Positions 19,999-29,744 of a DNA stretch of 64,000 nt are shown here, in pieces. The notes beneath the pieces are model-generated. The model was not told where the DNA came from and searched no databases. It worked only from the letters and a program-made list of their open reading frames with translations. This DNA is from Candidatus Magasanikiibacteriota bacterium (lineage in GTDB: Bacteria > Patescibacteriota > Patescibacteriia > Magasanikbacterales > UBA922): positions 175,926 through 239,925 of the forward strand of contig JACPSK010000001.1 in the NCBI GenBank assembly GCA_016193335.1. Reading direction: 5' to 3'. Position numbers and translations under genes: made by a program. Every line of letters starts with the position of its first letter. The stretch's first letter is position 1.

Positions 19999-20714
19999 AG
20001 AGCGCTCGAGTGAATTACATGGTTATCTTTTCCAAAGCGTTCTTTTAATAAGTGCTCGGCTCTGATCAAATCTTCTTTGCTTGAAATCCCTCCTATCACA
20101 TCCTTGGCCACAACCGCCACCATACGCCTTTTTTTCGCGAGCTGATCAACCATACTGCTCAGATAATATTCATCGTTCGCCCCAGACTGCGGTTCATAGT
20201 CAAAAATGTCTTTATCCAAAACCATCAAGCCACCCACGATAAGACCATGGAAAAGATGCTGCGGTTTTTCGATCACGCTCAGAATCGTGCCGTCCTCCCC
20301 GGTAATAACAACTCCATGGTTCCAAGGATCGTTCACTTCACAACACAAAATGCTCAAAGGATATTTCAAACAAGCATCAAAATCAGCCCGCCTTGGCAAT
20401 TCATCTCCATACAGCAACACAAAGCGATCATCTCCAATAAAGGGTTTGGCGGCCAAAAAACTATAAGCGGTTCCGAGCGCCGATCCTTCGACATAACTAA
20501 TGGAACAGCCGTGAAACACGGAACCGCAATATTCACGGATTTGTTCACCCAGATAATGCACCACTATGACGGCTTCAGTGATTTCTTCGGGAAAAGATAA
20601 AAAAATATGATCCAAAAAAGTTTTGCCTGCCACAGACAGCAAAGGTTTAGGCGTCTTGAGCGTAAGCGGCCTCATGCGTTTTCCCTCTCCGGCCGCGAGT
20701 ATAACGGCTTTCAT
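19995..20714 (-). CDS. Sugar-1-phosphate nucleotidyltransferase (HddC-like guanylyltransferase), copy 2
   Basis: MKAVILAAGEGKRMRPLTLKTPKPLL. There is a 4-bp overlap with hddA downstream and with the GT2 gene upstream. Pathway context (gmhA, gmhB, hddA) suggests heptose-1-P is the substrate. Confidence 0.65.
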   Translation of the reverse strand: MKAVILAAGEGKRMRPLTLKTPKPLLSVAGKTFLDHIFLSFPEEITEAVIVVHYLGEQIREYCGSVFHGCSISYVEGSALGTAYSFLAAKPFIGDDRFVLLYGDELPRRADFDACLKYPLSILCCEVNDPWNHGVVITGEDGTILSVIEKPQHLFHGLIVGGLMVLDKDIFDYEPQSGANDEYYLSSMVDQLAKKRRMVAVVAKDVIGGISSKEDLIRAEHLLKERFGKDNHVIHSSAL

Positions 20715-21643
20715 ATTCCTTTTGTGATAATTTTTTCGCGGATCACATACGGTGTTTGTTTGCTTGTTTCAAAATACATGCGCAACATCATCTCGGCGAG
20801 CAGACCGAGCATAACAAACAAAATGGCAGACAAGACAAAAAAAATGCTTAGAATGGGAAGAGGCGTCTGACCAAAATTACGCAAGTCCGCAAGTTTTAAG
20901 TACAAAGCCAATACGGCGACTATAAATCCGATCACGAATGAAACAAAACCGATACTGCCGAAAAACACGAGAGGTCTGCCGGTCATCGCGAGCAAAAACT
21001 TCACCGTGGCCAAATCAAAAAGATTTTTAACCGCTTTCATGAAATAATGCTTGGACAAACCAAACTTGCGTTCGTGATGACGCACGGGCACTTCCGCAAC
21101 CCGGGCTCCGCGACCATGAAGGTAAGCGGGCAAAAACACATGCATCTCACCATAAAGACGCACCCCTTGAATAACTTCTTTTCGGTATGCTTTCATGGCG
21201 CAGGCAGAATCATGCAAAGCCAAGCCGCTCACTTTGGCCGTAAGCCAATTAGCGAACCTGGACAAAATTTTTCTGTTCATCGAATCTTGTCTGTCCTTAC
21301 GCCAACCGGAAACCACGTCATAGCCTTCTCTCATTTTCGCGACTAAGACCGGAATATCGGCAGGGTCATTTTGCAAATCTCCGTCCATGGTTATGATAAT
21401 ATCGCCCTTGGCCTCGTGAATTCCGGCGTCTAACGCCGAAGTCTGTCCAAAATCCATGCTCAAGGCGAGAATACATACCTCCGGGAGCATTTTTAGTTGC
21501 TGAACCGTGTCATCGGTAGAACCGTCATCTATAAATATAATCTCAAAAATGTCGGCCACTCGTTTCATGGAATCGAGAATTTTTTCGTGCAGCAACTTGA
21601 CATTATCACGTTCATTGTATACTGGTATCACGATTGAAATCAT
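20711..21643 (-). CDS. GT2 polyprenyl-phosphate glycosyltransferase (DPM1/GtrB/ArnC-like), copy 2
   Basis: IVIPVYNE...IDDGSTDDT...MDGDLQ motifs and two C-terminal TM helices. It is a paralog of 9090..10016. Confidence 0.75.
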   Translation of the reverse strand: MISIVIPVYNERDNVKLLHEKILDSMKRVADIFEIIFIDDGSTDDTVQQLKMLPEVCILALSMDFGQTSALDAGIHEAKGDIIITMDGDLQNDPADIPVLVAKMREGYDVVSGWRKDRQDSMNRKILSRFANWLTAKVSGLALHDSACAMKAYRKEVIQGVRLYGEMHVFLPAYLHGRGARVAEVPVRHHERKFGLSKHYFMKAVKNLFDLATVKFLLAMTGRPLVFFGSIGFVSFVIGFIVAVLALYLKLADLRNFGQTPLPILSIFFVLSAILFVMLGLLAEMMLRMYFETSKQTPYVIREKIITKGI

Positions 21644-21818
21644 AAAAATCTAGAGATGGACTTTTGAATCAAAGTGTTATGTCCTCACCATAGCGCCTCG
21701 GCTTAGTATAGTGTAAAGGCTCCACTATTATCACTATTTTATAGAAAGACACAGCCAAAATTTCTCTCTACAAAGCCAAAATAAGTTAGCTCAAGTATAT
21801 ATGAATTGAGAGTCCATG

Positions 21819-22556
21819 TCAATCTTGCTTTTTACGGGCAACACACAAAAGACTGGTCCCAAACGGCATGGGGATACAACTATCCAAAAACAACAAAAAA
21901 TTAAGCACGTATTTCTTCATTGCAGAACCAAAACCTTTGGTACGAGGGCCTATCGGATAAGACCGTTTTAATATCCTGCTAAAAAGCAAACAAATAGGAA
22001 TTAAGGTAAAACCGAAATAACGCAAGATACGTATCTCTAGGAGAGATTGTGAATTGATGAGACGGCGGAGTGTCAATTTTGAATAACGCCGGAAATGGCC
22101 CAATTCTCTGTCATGATACCCAAAAAGAAACTCCAGGGCGGGAACGGTAACAATAAGCATGCCCCCCGGCTTGACTAGTCTCGATAATTTCGCAAGGGCA
22201 GAATAATCGGCCTCAATATGTTCCAGAACATCGGTGGCTATAACACAGTCGTATTGATCCTTATCAGTGAAATTTTCGATAGAAGAGACTTCAAACACGC
22301 AGTCTTTTAAGCCCTTGCGCTCGGCAGCGGTCCTCGCGAGCCCTATATACTCTTCCGCCGGATCGATTCCGAACACACGGTGTCCCTTGTCTGAGAGTAA
22401 AAAAGACAGCTCTCCTGAACCGCATCCGGCATTCAAAATATGCAAAGATCTTTTGTCCTTCAGACAATCAGCTATCAAGCGATATTTCTTTTCGGCATAA
22501 GGATCCTGTTCTCTGATCAATAAATCCCGGTATTGATATTCATTATAATGATTCAT
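21819..22556 (-). CDS. Class I SAM-dependent methyltransferase
   Basis: Motif I ILNAGCGSGELS. The internal start MNHYNEYQ at 22556 avoids an overlap with the upstream gene. Confidence 0.7.
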   Translation of the reverse strand: MNHYNEYQYRDLLIREQDPYAEKKYRLIADCLKDKRSLHILNAGCGSGELSFLLSDKGHRVFGIDPAEEYIGLARTAAERKGLKDCVFEVSSIENFTDKDQYDCVIATDVLEHIEADYSALAKLSRLVKPGGMLIVTVPALEFLFGYHDRELGHFRRYSKLTLRRLINSQSLLEIRILRYFGFTLIPICLLFSRILKRSYPIGPRTKGFGSAMKKYVLNFLLFLDSCIPMPFGTSLLCVARKKQD

Positions 22557-22564
22557 AGTTGTAT

Positions 22565-24088
22565 TTACCAATAAGTATAAAACAATATTTGAAAGGCAAA
22601 ACTTTGAAATATGAGTAAGCACAAAAGCGAGGCGGATTTCGTTTCAGACTCTTGTTTGATCATAGAGGACAGTACCGGCAAAAACAATGGAAACACAAAA
22701 AGCCAGAGCCGCCCAACCTCACCCTGAAATATGCCTATGGCCAAAAGAAAAAGAACAAAAACATACCCTATATAATGATAATGTCGAGCCGTCTTATTTT
22801 TATCACGAAAACGCTGAAAAAAACCGGAAATATGCGCAATGCCCATGGCGATAGCAAAAGCAAGTATATTCATGAGGAAAAAAACCACATAGATTCCCAA
22901 GGAAGAAAAATTACTCTGCACTGTTTCGGAATTAGCGCCTCTCGCCGCGAGAAAATTTTCCAGTATCGAATAACCGGTCGAAACGTACAGAAAAGCAAAA
23001 AAACTCAGAAAAAAAACAAGACCAAGACTCAAATTCAGCGAAAAATCGTAAGCCGATCGTGTCGGATTATTTTTGTAATGCTTTTGCCATATGTGCCACA
23101 ACATATACAAAAAAACAGGAGCGACAAGCAAAAAAAGGAAATTCGAAAATAAAGCAAAAGCCGCGGCCAAACCGCCAAAGGCAGATCCAATCCGGGATGA
23201 TTTCCAGCCTTTGAGGCAGAGCCCCAAACTCAGCCATGTAATGAACAGAAAAAAAGCCTCAAGAGAACTCACGCTCATCAATACCAGGCCCGGAAAAAAA
23301 ATAAACAACTGAAGCGAAGATCTCAGGTCATTTTCATCCATGAATTCCCTCCAAAAAAGATAGATCGGAAAGACAGAAAGACCTGAAACCAAAGCCAAGA
23401 CAATGGCCACGCCCGGATATTCAAATTTGAAGAACTGCCGGAGCCCGTACAAAAACAAAATATAACCCGGCGGATGGGTGCTGCTGTGCCGCGCGTAAGA
23501 AAGATCGGGATCTGAAACGGTCGCGACATAATCATGGAGAAAACTCTTTGTATTTTCAATATGGGGAAGATAGCCAGTGTACTCCCAATAACTACGCGAT
23601 AAGGAATCCGTGACGCTCGCCCAACCCGAACGCATGCCGTTTATCCCCAAGCTAAACAGTGTAAATACAAAGGCCAAAACGGCCAAGTAAGGCCAAATTT
23701 TCCATTTTTTGAAATATTTCCGGAAGGCAAAAAATAAAAAAACGATAAAAACCGTGTACAAAACCCACCAGGGAGCCAAAATCTGCGGAGAAGGAAGGGC
23801 ATACATAATCAGTCTGTCTGCTATATACCCTTTATATGAGAGGCTGAGAACATATTTCCCCAAAACAACCAAGAACATTAAAAACATGCTGTAATAAAAT
23901 ATTTGCCGCGTTTCTTTTTCTTTCCAAAAAAAATGATGGTAAACAAGGCAAAAAAGTATGGTTGCCAATGTCAAAATAAGGCCGGCCCAGAGCACAGACT
24001 CAGCCTTTTCATAGAGCGCCAGACGGTACTCCTCCCCGAACAGCGATGAAATGAGATTCAGAAATATACTCTTAAAATAGTCCGCCAT
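22565..24088 (-). CDS. Polytopic membrane protein, possibly GT-C-type glycosyltransferase
   Basis: About 11 TM helices and an HPPGY loop motif. No soluble catalytic domain is present. Confidence 0.4.
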   Translation of the reverse strand: MADYFKSIFLNLISSLFGEEYRLALYEKAESVLWAGLILTLATILFCLVYHHFFWKEKETRQIFYYSMFLMFLVVLGKYVLSLSYKGYIADRLIMYALPSPQILAPWWVLYTVFIVFLFFAFRKYFKKWKIWPYLAVLAFVFTLFSLGINGMRSGWASVTDSLSRSYWEYTGYLPHIENTKSFLHDYVATVSDPDLSYARHSSTHPPGYILFLYGLRQFFKFEYPGVAIVLALVSGLSVFPIYLFWREFMDENDLRSSLQLFIFFPGLVLMSVSSLEAFFLFITWLSLGLCLKGWKSSRIGSAFGGLAAAFALFSNFLFLLVAPVFLYMLWHIWQKHYKNNPTRSAYDFSLNLSLGLVFFLSFFAFLYVSTGYSILENFLAARGANSETVQSNFSSLGIYVVFFLMNILAFAIAMGIAHISGFFQRFRDKNKTARHYHYIGYVFVLFLLAIGIFQGEVGRLWLFVFPLFLPVLSSMIKQESETKSASLLCLLIFQSFAFQILFYTYW

Positions 24089-24094
24089 AAAATG

Positions 24095-25231
24095 CTAGAG
24101 TCTGATAAAATCTGCGATGTTTCTCGCCCGCGCAGGCCATCCGTACAAGCTCCGGGCTTTCAATTGTAATGTGTTCGCCGCCTTCTCGCGCTCAGCAAAA
24201 TGCTTAAAGACCTGCTCAATCGCTTCTGCCAAAGAGGCCGGGTCATCCGGCTTAAAAAAAACCGCTTCTTCGTCGCTAAGCACTTCTCGAAGCGAAGGTA
24301 TATCTGAACAAATCATTGGTCTTCCGGAAACCATATACTCGAACAATTTGAGAGGAGAAGTATAATGCGTGCTAATGCGCTGTTTGGCGCTGTTTGGGAG
24401 TACCAAAATATCCGCCGCTTTCTGCCAAAAAGGCATCTCCCTTTGAGGCCTCCAACCCACAATATGCAGCCGATCAGACTGGTAAGCTTTCCTAAAACGT
24501 ACAATATCCTCTTGCGTTCCGCCTACAAAATAAATATGAATGTCAGAAGGAAGCAAAGACGCGGATTCTGCCAGAGTATCCGCCCCTTTCCAGCCGTACA
24601 AATGACCTGTATACACCAACATTCTTTCTTGTTTACCTATGCCTAATTTTTCTCTGCATGAATCTCTGGGTTCTGGTATGTCAAACATAGTCATGTCAAC
24701 CGCGTCACGGGCGATCAAAATAGAATTCGGATTAACGCCTTGTGCCACCAAATCGTTTTTAAGGCCCTGACTTATGACTACGAATGAGCTAAGATTCCGC
24801 CAAATTCTGTTATATAATTTCGGAGTCTTTTTTTCGGGCAAAGAATGAATCTCAAAAACTACCGGTTTCTCTCCGGAACGACTCAGCCAATCGGCGAGAA
24901 ATTGATCTCTCGTGTAATATAATTCAAGACCAGACTTTTTTAAATATCGTTTTAAAAAATAAAAAAAAGAGAGACTCTCCAAAAAAAAACCAAAAGGGCC
25001 CAAGGCGCACAGACTAACGAAGTCGAGACAGGGCAAACGCAGAATCGAAAAAGAATCTTTGACGCCATAAAATTCAAAAGGATCCGACTTTATGCTGTTC
25101 AAACGCTTCGGTACTATGAGCGTCACGTCAAGCCCGCACTCAGAAAGGCCTTCGCAGGTCTTCATAATCTGGACTCCATGAGCTTTTTCAGTTGGGAGCC
25201 GTATATTGGCTATATAAGCGACTTTGGTCAT
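24095..25231 (-). CDS. GT4 glycosyltransferase (group 1)
   Basis: A C-terminal block LVLPNSAKQRISTHYTSPLKLFEYMVSGRPMICSDIP resembles the E-x7-E region. The internal start MTKVAYIANIR is chosen. Confidence 0.65.
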   Translation of the reverse strand: MTKVAYIANIRLPTEKAHGVQIMKTCEGLSECGLDVTLIVPKRLNSIKSDPFEFYGVKDSFSILRLPCLDFVSLCALGPFGFFLESLSFFYFLKRYLKKSGLELYYTRDQFLADWLSRSGEKPVVFEIHSLPEKKTPKLYNRIWRNLSSFVVISQGLKNDLVAQGVNPNSILIARDAVDMTMFDIPEPRDSCREKLGIGKQERMLVYTGHLYGWKGADTLAESASLLPSDIHIYFVGGTQEDIVRFRKAYQSDRLHIVGWRPQREMPFWQKAADILVLPNSAKQRISTHYTSPLKLFEYMVSGRPMICSDIPSLREVLSDEEAVFFKPDDPASLAEAIEQVFKHFAEREKAANTLQLKARSLYGWPARARNIADFIRL

Positions 25232-25236
25232 ACATC

Positions 25237-27105
25237 TTATTTTTTGATATAGGTATCGTACCAGAGCTGCCACATAAAGGCGGCGTATAGTATGTTAACA
25301 TGATAGGCTTTTGAATGCACATGTTCCTCAAATAATATATTCAGGGCTTTGGGATCAAAAAAATCAGTGTTAAGATGACCGGGAGAAATGATGTCCCCCA
25401 CAAAATCCCGCAGTTCATGCCGCATCCATTTTGCCATGGGAGTAAACCAGCCTCTTTTTTTCTGGTTCAAAACTCGCTCGGGAATATAAGATTTCAAGGT
25501 CTCCCTCCAAATATCTTTTCCTTTAAACATAGACGGAGCCAAGGGAGACAGATGCATTTTCCAAACGCTCGGAATTTTTGCCGCAAATTCCACCAAGTGT
25601 TTATCAAGTATGGGGACTCGTTCTTCCAAACCCCAGGCCATAGTCATGGCGTCTGTGCGAAACAAAGATTCATCCACCAGCCAACTCTGCCGGTCCACGT
25701 TCATCAGATGTTTTTCCAAGTCTTCCTCTCCTTTCAATTCTTCTCCAAAACGTTCCGCAAGATGCCGGGCCACCCCGTTCGGCCGAAAAACATTCGCAGC
25801 CAAAGTACCCTTCGCCAGGCTTGTTTTTTGGCAAAAAAAAGCGAGCCAGCGTTCCATTCCGGTCCTAGCTCCTAGCTTTTTAAGCACATGCTGTTTTCCG
25901 GTAAGTCGTAAAAAATTCTCGAATGAACGCCTGAAAAAATGAGGGAGCCGATAATAATGGCTCAAAAGAAAACTGTAGTAATATCTCGGGTATCCTCCGA
26001 ACAATTCGTCTCCCCCGTCTCCGCCCAAAACAACCGCCACTTCTTGCTTGGCCGCGCGGGAAAGCAAAAATTGGGCGAAAGCGGTGGGGTTGGCGTTTGG
26101 TTCCCCCAGGTGAGAAACCACGTGCGCGCTATGTTCCAACACATCCCGGGCCGAAATTCTGGTTTCAAAATGTTCGGTGCCATAGTACGCGGCGCTGAGT
26201 TTCGCCAGCAAAAAATCCGCGTTGAATTTTTTTGATTCTGGATGATCAATTTCAAAACCCACTGAAAATGTCTTTATCTTGCCGCGTGCCGATTCTGATA
26301 CTGCCCCGAGCACTGCCGTTGAATCAATGCCTCCGCTCAAAAAAATGCCAAGAGGCCGATCCGAAACCAGCTGGCGTCTTATGCTCTCCTTAAACAAAAA
26401 TAAAATCTGTTCCCGAGCCTCTTTTCTCGTTAATGACGTATCGACAAAATCGTCTACTTGCCAATACCTAAGAATAGATAAACGCTTGTTCGCGTCCAAT
26501 CTGAGATAATGCGCGGCCGGCAATTTTTTTATTCCCTCAAACATGGTGAGCGGTTCGGGGATATAGAGAATCTGAGCATACATATTGAAAGCCACAGGGT
26601 CCACGCTACGAGGTACTCCATGCTCCAATATTCCCTTAATTTCAGAAGAAAAAATGAAGCGCGTATTATCAAAATAATAATACAAAGGTTTAATCCCCAT
26701 CTGGTCGCGCGCGAGCCAGAGATCTCCGGTTCGTTTGTCCCAGATGGCGAAAGCGAACATGCCGTTGAAACGTTTTAAACAATCAATCCCCCACTCCCGA
26801 TACGCGTATAAAACCACTTCAGTATCGCTTTCTGACCGAAAGGAATACCGTGTTTTCAGTTCTTCACGAATTTCTTTGAAGTTGTAAAGTTCTCCATTGT
26901 ACACAATGACGATCTCCTTCTTTTCATCCCACATAGGCTGGCTCGCCCGTTCGGATAAATCTATGATAGCCAGACGATTGAACCCAAAAGAGACAGCCTG
27001 CTCGGCGAAAAAATCATTTTGATCAGGGCCGCGATGCCTGGTTATGTGATTCATGCGCTGAATCAATTCCGGGCCGTAAAAATTAAAACCATTTATGCCA
27101 CACAT
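25237..27105 (-). CDS. Asparagine synthase (glutamine-hydrolysing)-like amidotransferase
   Basis: Starts Met-Cys-Gly-Ile, the N-terminal Cys nucleophile. PP-loop SGGIDS is present (FLSGGIDSTAV). The length is 622 aa. Confidence 0.8.
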   Translation of the reverse strand: MCGINGFNFYGPELIQRMNHITRHRGPDQNDFFAEQAVSFGFNRLAIIDLSERASQPMWDEKKEIVIVYNGELYNFKEIREELKTRYSFRSESDTEVVLYAYREWGIDCLKRFNGMFAFAIWDKRTGDLWLARDQMGIKPLYYYFDNTRFIFSSEIKGILEHGVPRSVDPVAFNMYAQILYIPEPLTMFEGIKKLPAAHYLRLDANKRLSILRYWQVDDFVDTSLTRKEAREQILFLFKESIRRQLVSDRPLGIFLSGGIDSTAVLGAVSESARGKIKTFSVGFEIDHPESKKFNADFLLAKLSAAYYGTEHFETRISARDVLEHSAHVVSHLGEPNANPTAFAQFLLSRAAKQEVAVVLGGDGGDELFGGYPRYYYSFLLSHYYRLPHFFRRSFENFLRLTGKQHVLKKLGARTGMERWLAFFCQKTSLAKGTLAANVFRPNGVARHLAERFGEELKGEEDLEKHLMNVDRQSWLVDESLFRTDAMTMAWGLEERVPILDKHLVEFAAKIPSVWKMHLSPLAPSMFKGKDIWRETLKSYIPERVLNQKKRGWFTPMAKWMRHELRDFVGDIISPGHLNTDFFDPKALNILFEEHVHSKAYHVNILYAAFMWQLWYDTYIKK

Positions 27106-27145
27106 ATGTTTCTGAAGACATCAAAACGAATAATGACCTGCCTTG

Positions 27146-28819
27146 TCAATTTAAACGACGGATAATAATCTCAGGCCCAAGCTGTCGAGTTCTCAACAGA
27201 TTCGGCAAGCCGCCGTTAAACCCGTCGGTAAAAGGCAGGCCTTCCGGCGTCTCATCTCCGTGAATGTATTCCAGTTCGGCCCCTGAGGCGAGAAAGGAGG
27301 AATCAGCTTTTTTGCTCAATAAAAATTCAGGGTTAAAAACAATATATTCATATCCCTGGGTTTCCAGATAGTCGGACAAATGAGCAAAAAAAGAAGAATC
27401 GGAAACCGCTTCCAGATTCAAAGCATGAAATGCTTTTCTATTTTGTTGAGTCATTGTCAATTGCTTTTCGGCCTTATCCGCGTTCCGCAAGGCTTGGGGC
27501 TGGATGGATTCGAGCTCCATAACCGCAGATGGGAGACCGGGCAAGCGAGTAAGCGGAGCAAGGACAGCAATCTTACTGCCGCCAGAAACCTCTCTGTATA
27601 TCCAATCCAAGGCCTGAATTCTGGAGTCATTTCGCAAAAACAGCAGATCGAGATAGAGAAGCGGCGCAATCATCAAAGCTATGAGAGAGAAAACAAGGAA
27701 AAACTGAAATCTTCTTCTAAGTCGCTGAGATATACACCATAACCCAAATCCGGCACATAAAGCAAATAGAGGATAAAAAGGAAGAATGTAGCGATCCATG
27801 TTGAGAAACGAATAATAAAATATGGCGACATACGAAGCCAAAAAAATAATCCCGACAAAAAAAAGACGTTTATACTTTTGAAAACCGGCCAAGGCTCCAA
27901 AAAATGCAAAAACAGAAAGCAAAGGATCCCCCTTTATCACACTCCGTATATACATCCAATAATCGTGGAACAAACCGCTCAATGTTTTGTGATAAAAAAT
28001 AGAGTCAGGCGCGTTTCTCGCCACAAAGAAAGGCTGGGGCCATAATACATATACCAGTAACACCAAACAAACAAAGACTGCTATCGACCCCCAAAACCAT
28101 AACGTCTTGACATCTTTGAACAAAGACCGCCGATCATAGATCAGATACCAAAGCACGATAAAAAGCGCTGTCAGACCCATTTGGGGAGCTATACCCACCC
28201 CCATGCCGCTCAGAATTGCCGACACGAAATAGCGTTTGGCAGAAGGCCATTCTTCATGGAGCAAGACGAGCATAAGCGCGGATAACAAAAAAGCCGCATA
28301 TATCCAATGCCGGGCCCAGTGGGAAAAATTACTGTGCAAAAATGATAGGGCCAAAAAACCGGCCGCGTAGAGAGCCATGGTCTTGTTCTTGAACAGACGA
28401 AGGCCCAGCGCGTAGCTGAGGTACACGGTTCCCGTGCCGACCAGAACCGCCAAAAAACGCGCCATCAAAAAAAATGCCGAAGGGTCACTGCGCATCAAAA
28501 GACTTAGAGTGTTTACATCCACACCTTTTATGAAAAAACTGATGCCGATATATGCCAAAAAGGGAAACAGGTACAAATAAGAGATAAAAGGAGTGTAATA
28601 AAATGTTAAAGCGAACACTTCTCTATGCGCAGCTGGAATTATGGTCTTGAGTTCCAACATTTTAAGAGCACCAAAGATCAATGTTGGTTCATCTCCGACG
28701 AGCCAGAGTGGCAAGCCGAAACCGATGCCCGTGAGTCGAATGATAAAGGCGACAATGAGGATAGCCACAATGAGCGCCTGGGGATACTTGTTTAAGATAC
28801 TTCTCATATGTATTCTCAT
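27146..28819 (-). CDS. GT-C-type glycosyltransferase (ArnT/PMT_2-like)
   Basis: LVGDEPTLIFGALKML matches the ArnT DE..Y/F..IA..ML loop motif after TM1. It has about 12 TM helices plus a C-terminal soluble domain. Confidence 0.65.
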   Translation of the reverse strand: MRIHMRSILNKYPQALIVAILIVAFIIRLTGIGFGLPLWLVGDEPTLIFGALKMLELKTIIPAAHREVFALTFYYTPFISYLYLFPFLAYIGISFFIKGVDVNTLSLLMRSDPSAFFLMARFLAVLVGTGTVYLSYALGLRLFKNKTMALYAAGFLALSFLHSNFSHWARHWIYAAFLLSALMLVLLHEEWPSAKRYFVSAILSGMGVGIAPQMGLTALFIVLWYLIYDRRSLFKDVKTLWFWGSIAVFVCLVLLVYVLWPQPFFVARNAPDSIFYHKTLSGLFHDYWMYIRSVIKGDPLLSVFAFFGALAGFQKYKRLFFVGIIFLASYVAIFYYSFLNMDRYILPFYPLFALCAGFGLWCISQRLRRRFQFFLVFSLIALMIAPLLYLDLLFLRNDSRIQALDWIYREVSGGSKIAVLAPLTRLPGLPSAVMELESIQPQALRNADKAEKQLTMTQQNRKAFHALNLEAVSDSSFFAHLSDYLETQGYEYIVFNPEFLLSKKADSSFLASGAELEYIHGDETPEGLPFTDGFNGGLPNLLRTRQLGPEIIIRRLN

Positions 28820-28946
28820 GCATTTTGATTTAATGAAACCTTTTCCGTAATCACGGTATTGTGGTACCACTCGCTCCGAGCAGGCATCCACTATGGAAAT
28901 ATGCCTAAGCTATTCGAACAAAAGTCACAAATGGCCAAACACGATG

Positions 28947-29504
28947 TCATAGCAAGTCAGCATCAGGCCGTTTTAACCATTCTTCAAAACTCAAAGCAAC
29001 GCTGTCCCTTTCAGACACGATATAATCTGTCGCGCCAGGCCAGTTTATTTTGAGCAAGGGATCATTCCAAACGATACTGGCTTCAGCCGCCGGATTATAC
29101 AAAGATGTATAATGATAAGACATGAAGGCCTCCGAACCGAGCACTTGGAAACCGCAGGCAAAACCCGGCGAGGCATACAACTGTTTCTTGTTTTCTTCAC
29201 TTATCTCGATGCCGAACCATGCGCCAAAACTGGGCGATGATTTTCTAATATCCACAGCCACCACAAAAGCGGCTCCACGGGTGATCCTCATCAATTTGCC
29301 AAGCGGCTCTTTCCACTGAAAATGCAGCCCGCGTATAACTCCCCTTTTAGAATATGAACAATTTTCTTGGACAAAATCCAAATCTAAACCGCATTCTTTG
29401 AATTTATCTTTGTGAAACAATTCCATGAAATATCCCCGCGTATCTCTGAAGCAATTCGGCTCGATGACATAAAGACCTTCAAGTGGTTTTTCCAGTATGC
29501 GCAT
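28947..29504 (-). CDS. rmlC: dTDP-4-dehydrorhamnose 3,5-epimerase family cupin (RmlC-like); it may act on another NDP-sugar such as GDP-heptose
   Basis: GVIRGLHFQ (RGLH motif) and a length of 185 aa. Confidence 0.7.
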   Translation of the reverse strand: MRILEKPLEGLYVIEPNCFRDTRGYFMELFHKDKFKECGLDLDFVQENCSYSKRGVIRGLHFQWKEPLGKLMRITRGAAFVVAVDIRKSSPSFGAWFGIEISEENKKQLYASPGFACGFQVLGSEAFMSYHYTSLYNPAAEASIVWNDPLLKINWPGATDYIVSERDSVALSFEEWLKRPDADLL

Positions 29505-29522
29505 ATATGTTAGGGGATAGTC

Positions 29523-29738
29523 CTAATACCATTGGCCTGAAGATTGTTTTTGATAATGGTCCTGAAATTCTCTGCGTCCCTTTATCTTAAGCCACCAATC
29601 TTTATGTTCAAGATACCATTCCACCACATCCCCCAAACTCTGGTCTATTGGCAAAGCTGGCGCCCATGTAAACTGAGATCTGAGCTTATCGCCATTCACG
29701 GCATAACGCGTGTCCGCTCCCGGACGGTCGCTGATATG
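29523..29738 (-). pseudogene. C-terminal fragment (about 70 aa) of dTDP-glucose 4,6-dehydratase (RmlB)
   Basis: ISDRPGADTRYAVNGDKLRSQF...VVEWYLEHKDWW matches the RmlB C-terminus DRPGHDRRYAID...TV.WY..N..WW. The upstream part of this ORF is antisense to the transposase remnant and unrelated to RmlB. Confidence 0.6.
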
Positions 29739-29744
29739 TGTGGT

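Noticed and set aside
21644-21818. Possible tRNA or small RNA in the 175-bp gap between the GT2 and methyltransferase genes.
   Set aside because: No cloverleaf-compatible stems or a GTTCGAATC-like T-arm were found. No tRNA-like sequence was found anywhere in the window.
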